Of a stretch of DNA of 64,000 nucleotides, positions 37,466 to 49,902 are shown one piece after another. The stretch is from Camelus ferus (taxonomy: Eukaryota): positions 40,240,001 through 40,304,000 of the forward strand of contig NC_045697.1 in assembly GCF_009834535.1 (NCBI RefSeq), in the 5' to 3' direction. The position numbers were made by a program, and so were the translations under genes. The notes under the pieces were generated by a model. The model was not told the DNA's origin. It searched no databases and saw nothing but the letters and a program-made list of their open reading frames with translations. Positions within the stretch are counted from its first letter, which is position 1. Every line of letters starts with the position of its first letter.

Positions 37466-37624
37466 GATCATTTCTGAAACAGGGATAAATAGCATTAATG
37501 TCATGTCTGTATCAGGTCCATGTTGCCTTTCTGTGTTTCAGATTGTATTTTCCAGAGATGGTTGCAAAAATGTCTAATGTCCTGCATACACTTCTTACAG
37601 AGTGACCTTGACACAGCTCCCATC

Positions 37625-37688
37625 ATTGAACTCAGGACCTCATACACACTAAGCATGCGCTCTACCACTGAGCTGTTACCCTCCCCAC
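37625..37688 (-). mobile_element. Vic-1-like SINE head only (tail missing)
   Basis: ATTGAACTCAGGACCTC...AAGCATGCGCTCTACCACTGAGCTGTTACCCTCCCC. Confidence 0.8.
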
Positions 37689-40600
37689 CAAAGTAGTGTT
37701 AATTTACAACGTTGTGTTAGTTTCTGAGAAGATATGTGTTTAATCTGATAAATTTACTAGATCTTCGGACGCTACCTGTTCCGTGAAGTTGTCTGAGTAC
37801 TGACTTTGGTTTCACTTGCACTGCCTTCTGCTCTTGGCTTGATTAAATCGGTTATATTAGATGGGAAGTACATACAAGTGGACATCTTTTGATTTAATTC
37901 AGACTTGCTTTACCAGTATCAAACTAGGATGGATCCTATGTGTCTGTTCTTTAACCTCACAGACATGATTCTGTAGAAAGTAACAGAGCTCTTTCTCGAA
38001 GGAATGCTGTTCCAGCTCAAGTAGGTCACCTATACGGACCAGGCTTCCTCAGCCTATAACATTATTTGACTTTCGAAAAGTATTTTGTTTTTCTTTCCAT
38101 GATTCTCTCCTAGTAAAACAAACAATCCAACCCATCAACCAATAAACAGACACTTTTCAGGTTGGCAGCAGACTGGCAGAAAGAAGCCCCCACAGCTCAC
38201 TCACCCTCCTTTCCTCCATCAGAGAGACACACTGTCGAATTTGATTACATTTCTTATTTATGTAACAACAGGAATCAGAAACTAACTGAGAGTGGTGTGG
38301 CCAGAGACGGAGAACAAGAGCAAGCAAGTTAGCATTTCTTAGCGCAGTAGCTGTGGGCCTGTGCGGCCCGTTTTGCTGGGTGAGGGCTTGCAGGCCATTG
38401 TCAGAGACACCATAGCAGGGTATGGCTGCGCTGAAACTAGAAACTGAAGCTTTGCTCTCTGCTTTTTCTTTCTTTCTCTCTTAATCTGACAGGATTATAT
38501 CATCAATTTAGAAGAAGTAAAATCTATGTGCTTTCATTTGAATCATGAAGTATTTGCCAACATGGGGTTATTGGTTATTGGGGTCTTACATCAAACCTGA
38601 ATCAACATTGCCATTCATGAGAGGAAAAGAACACCCCCAGTAAAAACCAGTCAACCACCACCATTACCACTAAAGTCTTATTCCTCTGCAAAGGAACTGT
38701 CCAAAAACCGGCAACGTACTGCACTTGCCAGCAAGAGTACTGCAGAGAAAAACACTGAAAAGAAGGCAGTGTCGTTAATCCATCTTTTGAAGGTACATTT
38801 TATATTGTTGGCACCAGCGTAAACTTTGAGGATCTCCTTTCTTTGTCAACAAGCTAAGGGTGATGCATCTGGTGCTGATTCTAATGTGTTTCACAAACTT
38901 AAGGTTCATATAGGACAATATTTAATTGCAGCAAACACAGAAGAGACCTCATAGGTCATAGTTTATCTCTGTTTACTCAGTTCCCTTGTTGGGAGTAGGT
39001 TTGGAAGCTTCTCTACCAATGTTTTCCATTGTGGTTTTCTTTTTTCATTTTTAGTGGTACTTTTTCATTTGCAACATTTAAGGGCCTAGAAAGTCCTTCA
39101 AATTCTGGCTGAAGGGAAGAAAGAAAACTTTTAAACAGTGACTATGGATCCTGGGAGAAATCACCTTCTTAGACTTGCTTATTGTAGCTCTCAGGTTATG
39201 GTGTTTCCGGAGGACAAACCTGGGCTATGGACTCCTTGCAAAAGCTGTAAATGTGCCCATTAAGAGCCAAACTCTTCCTGGAGGTATCCAGGACTGGACC
39301 TGTAGCTTTCCTGGAGAATATCCTAGAGAACACTGTTTCCAGGTGTTTTGAACATTCATGACCTATAGAAGATACCAGAGCATAATATTCTAATAGTTAT
39401 TATTTTTTTTTAATTTTTGAAGATCATAGACTTAGAAAGTGGTGGTGTATGAGCTCATGTTGATGAAAAAAACGTTCATGTGTCATTTGGTGCATGATGT
39501 ATCCAGATCCTGTTACATCATTATTAGACCACAAGTAGACCAGTGAGAACGAGTGGGGGTAAATTATAGAAATATGTTTACAGAAGCTTCTTTGGGGCAT
39601 TTTGAGTCTTCCCTTTTTCCTCTAAAACTCTGAGCATCCTAGCATGTACTGTGTAATCACATTGATGCCAGTTGTTCGTTTTTGTTTTCTGGAAGGCTGT
39701 GGCTCTTGAATAGTGTATGATTATGATTTAAATGTTCTTGGATTCCCATGAGTATCTTGCAGTAGAATTAAAAATACTTTTTATAGAATTATTTTTGGAA
39801 TAATTCTACAGTTTTTAAAAAATATGCTTGTGTTAAGTACTCATTGATCTGGAACAAGAAAAATTCTCTAGGGATTTGTATCATTTCAAGCCCTAAGAAG
39901 GGAGTGTGAATAGGCAGGTAGATTTCAAGTATGACATCTGTCGAGTTAAATATGGTGCCATTTGTTTCACTAATTGGAGAGGAACCACTGATTTTGTCAA
40001 CGAGATGTAGTGCTCAGATATTTTAAAGGGTGTTTTTAAAATCCAATAAAACATAGCTTCCAACTTTAGGCTGAAGAAAATTCTGTTGATAGTTTTTTAG
40101 CCATTATGCAACTGGGAAGAGGCAAGCAGAGAATGCTTTCTTTGTGCTGAAGCTAGAATAATGTAGAAAGCCGCAGACCTCGGGCAAATTACTCTACTTC
40201 TCAAAGTGTGTTGAGAAGTCTGCCTTTAATTAAGACCTGATGGAGTGAGCAGCACTATTTTTATAGCATGGTTGATTTAAAAAATATTCCTTGTGAAAAC
40301 ATTACACGTAATATTTTAGTTCTTGGTAAAATAAGATTTTATTGACTTTCTAGCCGAGGGATGTGGGGAGCAGGGCAACAACTTCTCTTTTGAGTACAGT
40401 CTTCCAATAGTAGTGCCTCTTAAACAGTATTTAAAGAGCGGTATGTTGACATGGCTGTTAAGACTATTATGAAAAGCCTTGAGAGGAAGCCGCAGGAAAG
40501 CAAGAATGGCAGACTTATAGAGAGGGAAAGAAAGGGTGGGTCCTTTGTTATAAGCTCATTTCTGCATTGTTATTCACGGGTTTGCCCTCATTGTTAAAAT

Positions 40601-41354
40601 ATGGTTAGGCGTCTGCTTTCTGTGTAATTTTATATCAAGATGTCAACTTGCTTTATACACACTCCAGGATAAAATACCTTTAAGACTCTTACTGAATAAA
40701 TGCAGTTTGTTGCAGCTGCAAGCTGCCTGAATAATAGGCTGTTCAAATACAATAAATTTTCATGGACCTTTTTTTTTCTTGTCCCTTGGGATTACACAAG
40801 AACTGGCCTCCAGTTTGGGTCCATCCTAGTCACCACTGAGATGCTACTTGTCTAAGCTCTCACCATTCTCAGATGGGTAACTCCCCTGGGTCGCCTGTGT
40901 GAGCTCAGCCATCAGCACCTTCACTGCACTAAGGATGCTTAGTGGCTTCATCCCACATCTGTGCTGCCCCTCCATTCAGAGGTCTGGCAATTCCCAACGG
41001 TGCTGCCCTGGATAGGATACAGAATTCTGCTTCTTATGGAAACCGCCACTTAACCATCCTTTTAAACTCAAGGAATCCAACTCTGTCCTGGAGTAAGATC
41101 AGACCTCCCTTTGACCTCAAAGCCCAAGATCTCCCACCAACCACTTATTGGGCAATTTACTTTCTTCCTATTCTAGGCCTGAACTCCACAAACCTATTAA
41201 CACCTCCCTGGGCAACAGGTTGCAGCATTCATAAAAGAGAGGCCACATATTATTTCTATTTGAGGAAAGGACCTTTTCATATTTTTGCTGATGAATCCAT
41301 TTAGTGGTGTGGGAAATTCATTAAGATTTGATTTTATTTTTTACCATTGATCAA

Positions 41355-43950
41355 TGGTTGTAGATGATCACAGACATAGTAAGATAGTAACGTGGCTGCA
41401 GCTGCAGTTCTGGACATGGTGGTATCCCTGAAGCAGGAAATAAATGTAGCCCCTGGCCTGGTTCATAGCTGTTGACCTAGTACATGCTTTTTGGCATGCC
41501 TATCAGCTAAACTGATAGGATGTAGTTTGCTTTCTAGGAGCAGGGATAGCAGAAAGCAGACTTGCCTAAGGGCTATCTAATCTATGTCGATTGACGTCAG
41601 CCCTGTTACAATGTGTTTCAGAGGGAACTTGATCATCTTGATATTCTGTAGCATGTTATGCTAGTGCATTACTTCAATGAGATTATGTGAATGGGCCCTA
41701 GTGAGCAGGAATTGGCGAGCACTTACATGACTTCACAAGACAGGCACGTGTCAGAGGGTGAGTGAAAAACCCTGCTGGTTTCGAGGATCTGTCACATAGG
41801 TGGAGTTTCCAGGTATGCAGTCATCTCGGGTATGTTGGGACATCCCTTCTAAACTGAGATACAAGTTTCTGCACCTTGCATGGCTCGCTGCGAAAACGGG
41901 CACAGCATTCTGTGAACCTCTTTGGATCTGGGAGGCTATATATACCACACATGGAAATGTTAAGTCTTAATGTTTGTTGGAAAACCTGTAATGTTGCCAT
42001 TTTTGAGTGGAGCCTGGAGCAAGTAAAGCAACAGAGGCCCTGCAGCAAGTCTGTGCTGCTCATACTTAGGACCTGAAGCATTTGCTTCACACACACATGC
42101 AGAGCTTCTGACGGGCTCACAGTGCAGACCCTTAAGTCTTTGGAAAACTTGACTTCTTGTGACAGCTGTTCTCCACCTTTTAACTTGCTGCTGGGCCTGG
42201 CAAAGACTGAACACCTGATCTTTGATTATAAGTGAATATGTGACCCAAACTGCTCTTTATGAACTGGGTATTATCTAATCCCTTGCCCCATAAATGTAGA
42301 CATGTGCACACCATTACAACAGAAAACGAAAATGGTATATATGAAGCAGGGCCAAGGAAAGGCAGAGGCACAAATAAATGGCAGGAATGAGTGGCTTAAA
42401 TGCCCATGGTCGCTGCTCTTATTTCTTTCCCGCCTTTCCCTCAGACAACAGCTACGATCTAATGGGAGAGTTCTCTATGACCAGCCGAAGGGGGAGGAGA
42501 AAGGGTGGGTCTGGTTTATGAATGGATGGTACATGGGCATCAAACAGAAATGGATAGCTGCCACATACAGCCTCACTGAGGGGTGGCACTGAGAGACAGT
42601 GATGAAAGAAAATGGGCAGAACTTTGGGCAGTCATCTGGTTGTCCACTTAATGTGGAAGGAAAGATAGCCTGAAGTGTGGATTTACATAAACTGGATAGA
42701 CCAGCAGTAAAGACCTGGGGAAGAAAAACATAGGAAGATTGGTGACAAGGTCTGGGGGAGAGGTATGTGGATGGGCCTCTCAGCATAGCACAAGGTGGGG
42801 GCATTTGTGTTCCGTGTAAATGCCCGGTACAGTGGATCCTAGCTGTGAGTGAGTGTTTCCCATAACTAAGTGGGTAAGATGATCTCTTGTAGGGATGTCA
42901 GTCAGCCTCAGCCCCTAACCAAGACCAGGTCCATGGAGGTATATTCAGTAAGTATGAAGGCAGGAATGGAGGCTGTGTGTGGGCTCACCACCAGGGGTGC
43001 ACTCTCCCCAAGACCCCAAGACTGATTTGTCAACACCATTACTGCTTGTCCAGTCTGCCTGTAACAAAGGCCATTGCTGAGCTCTCAGTATGATACCAGT
43101 CATGGTGTTCAAGTCAATTTCAGGGAAATTGTGGGATGGCATCTGAATGCTCCCTTTTGGCACCATCAGGAATAAAATCTTGTAGGGACATGATGCTATG
43201 TACAAGATTCAGAAAAACCTTAAACCAGGGCCAAGATAAGGTACCATCTTCCATGTATCCGTGTATCCAGGAGCTGGAAGTAAGAATGGACTTTCCAACT
43301 ATTATACCAAATATGTAATTTGGGGAATTTTTAAAAGAGACTATTTGACTCTTTTAAAAGAGACAAATATTTGTCTCTTTTAAATTTTTAAAAGAGACTG
43401 TGCAGTGTTGGTCTCAAAGGGTTTATAGTACTGGAGGGAGGAATGTGTCTAATTAAGAAATTCAATAATAGTTACTTTGAATTAGAAATGAAGACCACCC
43501 ACTGTTTAGGCTAATGAAGCGTTAGGCAGAAAAGAGGTTATTGTGCTACCTGGGGTAGTGATTATTGTGATGCTGATTATGAGGGGGCAGTTGAGTTACT
43601 GATATACAGTGAGGGGTGAGGAGGACTATTTCTGGAACCCAAGTGGGACTCTAGCTACTTAGGACTCTATTACCACATGGCCCTTGGCAGTAGAAAACTG
43701 CGGCAACACAATGAAGGTAGGACCACCAAAGGACTCAGTGCCCAAACGACTAAAGGTTTGACTCAGGAAATCAGCTAAAGAATCCATCCAACCAATATGC
43801 TTTAAGAAAATAAGGAAAACATAGAATAGAGATTGGGGAAATGCTGCTATGTTAACAGTTTAGGCCTAGTGACCAGTTACAGAAGCAGAGATGGTAGCAG
43901 CTTTGCCTTGTAATAGTTGTTTCTTTCCCCATGTTTCCTCCCCCTCCTTT
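41355..43950 (+). mobile_element. Degenerate ERVL internal region (RT, RNase H, integrase, dUTPase-like)
   Basis: Remnants of AAAVPDV, AIDLANAFF, LPQGY, VHYIDDI and EEK-x-W-F-x-x-G...KW-x-AA (ORF 42302: GEEKGWVWFMNG...KWIAA); many stops and frameshifts. Confidence 0.85.
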
Positions 43951-43989
43951 TATGAAGAGCACTGCTCCTGGTTACCATTTTAGGTTGCA

Positions 43990-44460
43990 AGTGGTGACAT
44001 GACTGAATTGACCTTGGTGATGGGGTAGCTGGCTTGGGACAAAAGTCTTTCCCCTAGGCAAAGGGCAGGGTGCATGCTGAGGGGCAAGAAGAGCGGAGTG
44101 TGCTGGGTACCTGCTGCTGCTTCTCCATCCTTACTCGTCATCCTCTGTGTGGATCTGCCTCACTGGGCATCTTTTCCTCTGGCTCCTGGCTGGGTCGGGC
44201 CAGCGTGGTGGTGGCTTCTTCCCTCTGTAGTGCTGCAGGTTGCCAGTGTCCTTTTCTGAAGGTTGTAGCTCCTTTCAGCTGATGTTCTCCTCATAACTGC
44301 CTTCTCTGGGTTTGAATGGCCACTCCTTTCAAGCTTTGGGTCCCCTTGCTAGTGGCCCAAGAGTACTGAACTACTTCTGGTTTGTTCCGTAAAGCCTACT
44401 CATGGCAAATAGTCTCTTTTAAAAATTCTCCATATGTCCTGCTGAGACCCTGACTGATTC
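43990..44460 (+). mobile_element. Probable 3' LTR of the ERVL (LTR33-like)
   Basis: Follows the internal region; ends CCTGCTGAGACCCTGACTGATTC. Confidence 0.45.
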
Positions 44461-44514
44461 GTATGCAATACTTTGTTTAATCTTTATAACCACTCTATGA
44501 TATAGATTGGATAC

Positions 44515-44890
44515 ATCCTCTCACTTCTGTCTTTGGAACATTCCAGTGGCTTTTCATTGTGCTTGAAATAAAACCCAATAGCATGGTTGGCAAAGCTGTA
44601 CTTGATCTGATTTCTGCCTCCTTCTCCTAGCTGACCTCTTACCACTCTCCCTCACCCTAACTGTACTCAACCACTTTAAGACCCCTCACTGCTCTGAGAG
44701 TCTCATCCCAAACATCTCCTTGCTTATAATTCAAATTTCAATTTAAATGTCGTCTTCTCAGAGTTTTTCCCTAGCCAGTCAATCAAAAGTAGTCATCCAA
44801 ACACTATCACATCATCCTGTATTAACCGTTCTTGTGGAGCTTTTCACTCACTGATATTTTCCTGTTTATTTTTAGATTTAAAATCAATCA

Positions 44891-44935
<45 letters not shown>

Positions 44936-45020
44936 ATCATCTGTCTGTCTCTATCATTCTCCCTCCTTTCTAGAATGTACATTTCCTGAGAACTGATTTT
45001 TAGTGTTTGTTGATATTGAA
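44515..45020 (+). mobile_element. L2 3' fragment containing (ATCT)11 at 44891-44934
   Basis: TTCCAGTGGCTTTTCATTG...ATAAAACCCAA...CTAGAATGTACATTTCCTGAG; tetranucleotide run seen directly. Confidence 0.65.
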
Positions 45021-47310
45021 TAAAAAAGCAGAGATTCCTCCCTGGGCATTAAACATGTAATCTGTACTTTCATATTTCTCACTTTATTTAGCAAAGTGGA
45101 GACTAAAGAAATCCTGCTTAATTTAAGATGTTTTTATAAAAAAATTGAGAAACCAAAAAAAAAAAAAAAAGAAAAGCAGAGATTATCCCTGTTCTATTGA
45201 TAAAGTAACGGAAGTTCAGAGGTTTTAAATTACTCAAGGTTCACAATTATTAGTTGCAGAATCAGCACCTATATCCAAAGTTATATCCATACACCAGGGC
45301 CCATTCTCCATCTGATTTACTGAACATAAAAATACCTTGGAAGACAGAATGCCATGAGAGGGGCTGTAGAGAGCACATCCTCAACTAATGTCAGATCCCA
45401 AACTCCTGGAAGAATCATTCTGGGTCTCCTATCTTCTTAGCCCATTTTGGGTTTGGAAATAAATTGTTTCTGGATATTAAATTACCATCCCCCTGCCATT
45501 CCCCCTCAAAAAACATTCTGCTGAACAATTCAGTAAGATGTTAGAAGTGTTCCATGATTTGGTGGGCAAAATAACTTTGTTAAATGCTGCATTAAGCACA
45601 TCTCTTCACTGTAGGAATTCCCAGAGTCTTTAATATGTACATTGTGAATTTCCAGGAGGCCAGAAGTACAGTTACCTAAACTGATTAGCATAGTAAATAC
45701 TTTTATAAGAATCCTATTAGCATCTCATAGAACATACATTTCCTGGATCACAGTGGGTAAACACTGAATTGAATCTTTGGTGATAGACTTCATGTTGACA
45801 GAACCATTTCGTTACAAAGATAAATTTATTAAAGAATTATTTTGTGTTTAGAGAAGAAGAAGTGAGTATGTTTGTTTTGGCATCTTCTAAATTATGTTTT
45901 ATGTGTGGCTTATTCAGTTTTGTGAAAGTCTTTTTTTTTTTTTTTTGAAGTATGTGTCTGCCAAATTTTTATTTCTCTCCTCAAGCCCCATACTATTTCT
46001 GACAGTCTGACTATTCTGGTAGAAGAGTTGAAACATTTTAAAGTCTGTTACAGAGGTCTTCTGTCCAGCTCCAGGCAATTTCTAAAGGAGTCTGATAGTC
46101 AGTTGTCTACTTCCAATGCAGTCTGCAGTGCTATAGTTTGTTGTCTGTTCTGCTGTAATACGAGTTATGTTTCTAAGAAGACTCAAGGTATAAAAAATCG
46201 AATAATACAGATGTCTTCGATGAGAAAAAGGGACATAGGGCTAGAATGTGTAAGAGTAGCAAGAATAAAGTTATTTTTCCCCAGAGGAATTTTAATAATA
46301 AAATATTTTCCAAGCTATAAGGATACCTTGTGCTTGCATGCTAAATAAGTTGGCTTATCAAAACTGACAGAGACAGAAACCAGATGTCCAAGCATCTTCC
46401 GTACCTTTTCATGGATACAGTTAGCAGCCTCTCAGTTTCCTGTTACCTCTTGCTTTGCCTTGTTCATACAATTGTGCTTGCAGCACAGTTTAAAGTTACC
46501 ACAAACTTTAAACAAAAGACTTTTAAAACTGAATGGATAAAGAACAGATGAGGAACTGAACAGCATGTCACTTGAATGGTTCTTTGTATTTGAACCCCAT
46601 TGCCATCCAGAGGTCTGTGTAGCCTTCAGACTGCTCTGAGTGTGTCCAAAGCTCTCCTCAGGATTTCTGTAAATTCTCAGGGCCTCTTACATTTCCTGGG
46701 CTCCTGATTTCTCATGCTCTGCACTATAAGGACCCAGATGTGATATTTAATCCTTTTGCCAATTTTTACTGCTTTCCTCCATACACAACCACACTATTCA
46801 ATGGATATAGTAGACTTTACTACCAAAATGGAGGAGATGGCAATCATGTAACATTCCAAATAACAAAGAACTTAAATTTGCATATTAGGTACTTATCTCT
46901 CTCTCTATGTATATATGGAAATGGTATAATACTTTGGACCAGTCCATCAGCTGAGAATAACTAGATAATCTGGACAAAATATTAAAAAAATAAAAAATAT
47001 TGAAAAAATAAAAAATTGTTTCCAAGAGAGTTTTTTTGTAAAATCAAAAAGGTGAATCCAAAAAAAAAATGGCGAGAACTCTGCTTACTGCTCGGATCTC
47101 GCAGTCCTAGATGAAACCATGGTAGAGGGTGGCAGTATAAACTGGAACTACCAAACCTTCTCTAGCTTATTTTACAAATACAAATACAAATAATAATAAT
47201 AATAATTCTTTGTGATAACAAAAGATAGAGACAGAGAAAGGGATGGATGGAGAGAGAGAGGAAGGAAGGAAGGAAAGAATGAAGGAAGAGAGAGAAAGGG
47301 AAGAAAGATG

Positions 47311-47399
47311 TAGGGCAAATGCTAAACCAGCTTCGATGCTGGGATAACAGGCATGGAGAGCAACTGTCCCTGGGGAAGCCAGGCTAGATGGTCACCCTT
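47311..47399. mobile_element. MER81-like hAT-Blackjack fragment
   Basis: GGGATAACAGGCATG...CTGTCCCTGGGGAAGCCAGG...ATGGTCACCCT. Confidence 0.55.
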
Positions 47400-47424
47400 C
47401 TTGGCTATTCTGCTTATTTCTGCC

Positions 47425-47800
47425 CAACAGAAATATGTGCACAAGGGAAACAAGAGAAACGTACAAAAATGCCTATAGCAGCATTATTTGTAATAGCCTA
47501 AAGTGGAAGTAACTCAAATATGCGTCAACAGTAGAGTGAATATATAAATTATCATATTCGGAGAATGGAATACGAAGCAGCAAAGGGAATAAATAAACTA
47601 CAGCTACTTGTAACAGCATAGATAAATATCAAAGCATAATATTAATCAAAAAAGGCACTCACTAAAGAATACATACTGTGTGTTTCCATTAATTTTGCCA
47701 AGAACAAGGAAAATTAAATAACAGTATGAGATATAATAGCCATCTTTGGGAGGAGGGTGGAAGTAATTGATTAAGACAGTTTTAAGGTGTCTTCTGTATC
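47425..47800 (+). mobile_element. Old L1ME-like 3' fragment (appears to resume at ~51470-51570)
   Basis: ATAGCAGCATTATTTGTAATAGCC...AATGGAATAC...AAGAATACATACTGTGTGTTTCCATT. Confidence 0.7.
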
Positions 47801-48203
47801 AATATTTTCTTTTTTTCATTGTGATAAAAAAACACAACAGAATTTATCATCTTAACCATTTTTAAGTGTACAGTGTGGCAGTGTTAAGTATAGGCACGTT
47901 GTTGTGCAACAGATCTCTAGAACTTTTTCATCTTGCAAAACTGAAACCCTGTAACATTGAACAACTTCCTTTTACCTCCTCCTCTTAGCCACTGGAAACT
48001 ACCATTCTGCTTTTCATTTCTATGAGTTTGACTACCTTAGACATCTCATAAAAGTGGAATCATGCATTATTTGTCTTTTTGTGACTGGCTTCTTTTACTT
48101 AACATGATGTCCTGAAGTTCATCCATGTTGTAGTTTATGGCAGGATTTCCATCTTTTTTAAGGCTGTATATAAATATTCCACTGTATATACCACATTTTC
48201 TTT

Positions 48204-48362
48204 TTTAATGGATGTCTTTATTTTTATTTATTTTATTTATTATTTTGAGGGGGAGGTAATTAGGTTTATTTACTTATTTATTTTAATGGAGGTACTGGGA
48301 ATTGAACCCAGGTCCTCATGCATGCTAATCATGTGGTGTACTGCTGAGCTATGCCCTCCCCC
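48204..48362 (-). mobile_element. Vic-1-like SINE nested in L1
   Basis: Same family as 15.9 and 16.6 kb copies; TSD ATACCA(C/T)ATTTTCTTT at 48188-48203 and 48363-48378. Confidence 0.9.
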
Positions 48363-48472
48363 ATACCATATTTTCTTTATCCATTTATCCATTGATGGAC
48401 AATTTAAGTTGCTTCTATCTCTTTGCTATTATGGTTAGTGCTGCAGTGAACATAGATGTGAAAATACCTCTT

Positions 48473-48812
48473 TAGAAAAATACAAATTTTATTTACAAAC
48501 CAGAAAAAGACTCACAGACGTAGAAAACAAACTGTTTTATGGGGAGGGAGATGAAGAAATCGGGGGAGGGATACAGTAGGAGTTTGGGATTAATAAATAC
48601 ACATTACTGTATATAAAATAGATAAACAATAAGGACCTACTGTATAGCACACGGAACTATATTTAGTTTCTTATAATGAGCTGTAATGGAAAAGAATCTG
48701 AAAAAATATACATGTATGTATATGTATAATTGAATTGCTTTGCTGTACACATGAAACTAGCATTGCAATTGACTACACTTCAATAAAAAATAAGAATTAA
48801 AAAAAAAAACCC
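48473..48812 (+). mobile_element. Younger L1 3' end nested in older L1
   Basis: Same family as 22478-22983; TSD AA(A/T)TACCTCTT at 48462-48472 and 48813-48823. Confidence 0.85.
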
Positions 48813-49625
48813 AATTACCTCTTCGAGATCCTACTTTCTGTTCTTTTGGATATATACGTAGAAGTGAGATTGCTGAATTGTATGATAATTATATTTTTTA
48901 ACCTTTTGAGGAACTTCCATACCATTTTCCATAGTTGCTGCACCATTTTACATTCCCATCAATGGTGGACAAGGGTCCTGTTTTCCCCTCAGCCTCATCA
49001 GTACTTGTTATTTTCTGATTTTCTTGATGGTGGCCATCCTAATGGGTGTGAGGTGATATTTCATTGTGGTTTGGATTTGCATTTCCCTGATGACTAGTGA
49101 CACTGAGCATCTTTTCATTTGCTTGTTGGCTACTTGTGTATCTTTTTTGGAGAAATGTCTATTCAAGTCCTTTACATATTTTAAAATCAGGTTACGGGTT
49201 TTGGTTGTTGTTGAGATATCCCTTATCAGATAAATGGCTTTCAAATATTTTCTCCCATTCTATTGATTGTTTCCTTTTCTGTGAAGAAGCTTTTTTAGTT
49301 TGATGTAGTCCCACTAGCCTATGTTGCTTTTGTTGCCTGTGCTTTTGTGTCATAGTCAAGAAATCATTGCTAAGAGCAAAGCCATGAAGTTTTGCTCTTA
49401 CGTTTTTTCCTAGGAGTTCTATGGTTTCAAGCTTTTAATCCATTTTGAATTAATTTTTGTATACAGTGTATGGTAAAGATCCAATTTCATTCTTTTGCAT
49501 GTGGCTATCCAGTTTTGCCAAAACCATTTATTGAAGAGATTATCATTTCCTCAAGCTGTAGTCTTGGCGCCTTTGTTGAATGTCATTTGAGTTGTATGTG
49601 AGAGTTTATTTCTGAGCTCTCTGTT

Positions 49626-49774
49626 ATTTTTTTCTTCCAGTTTTATTGAGATATAATTGACACATAGCACTGTATAAGTTTAAAGTGTACAGCATAATGA
49701 CTTGAGTTTCATATATGATGAAATGTTTACCAGAATAAGTTTAGTTAGCATCTGTCATCTTATATAGATACAAA

Positions 49775-49838
<64 letters not shown>

Positions 49839-49902
49839 AATCCTTCCCCTTGTGATGAGAACTCAGGATTTACTATCTAACAACTTTCGAATATACCATA
49901 CA
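49626..49902 (-). mobile_element. L1 3' end (L1_Art-like) nested in older L1, with (GAAA)16 at 49777-49840
   Basis: CCAGTTTTATTGAGATATAATTGAC...CCTTGTGATGAGAACTC; degenerate 13-bp TSD at 49613-49625 and 49903-49915. Confidence 0.8.

Noticed and set aside
40942..41304. 120-aa ORF upstream of the ERVL pol remnant
   Set aside because: GTG start and no recognisable Gag or protease motif.
43326..43399. Repeat-spacer pattern as a CRISPR-like array
   Set aside because: Mammalian DNA; the intervening sequence is itself an inverted copy of the repeat, and there are no cas genes.
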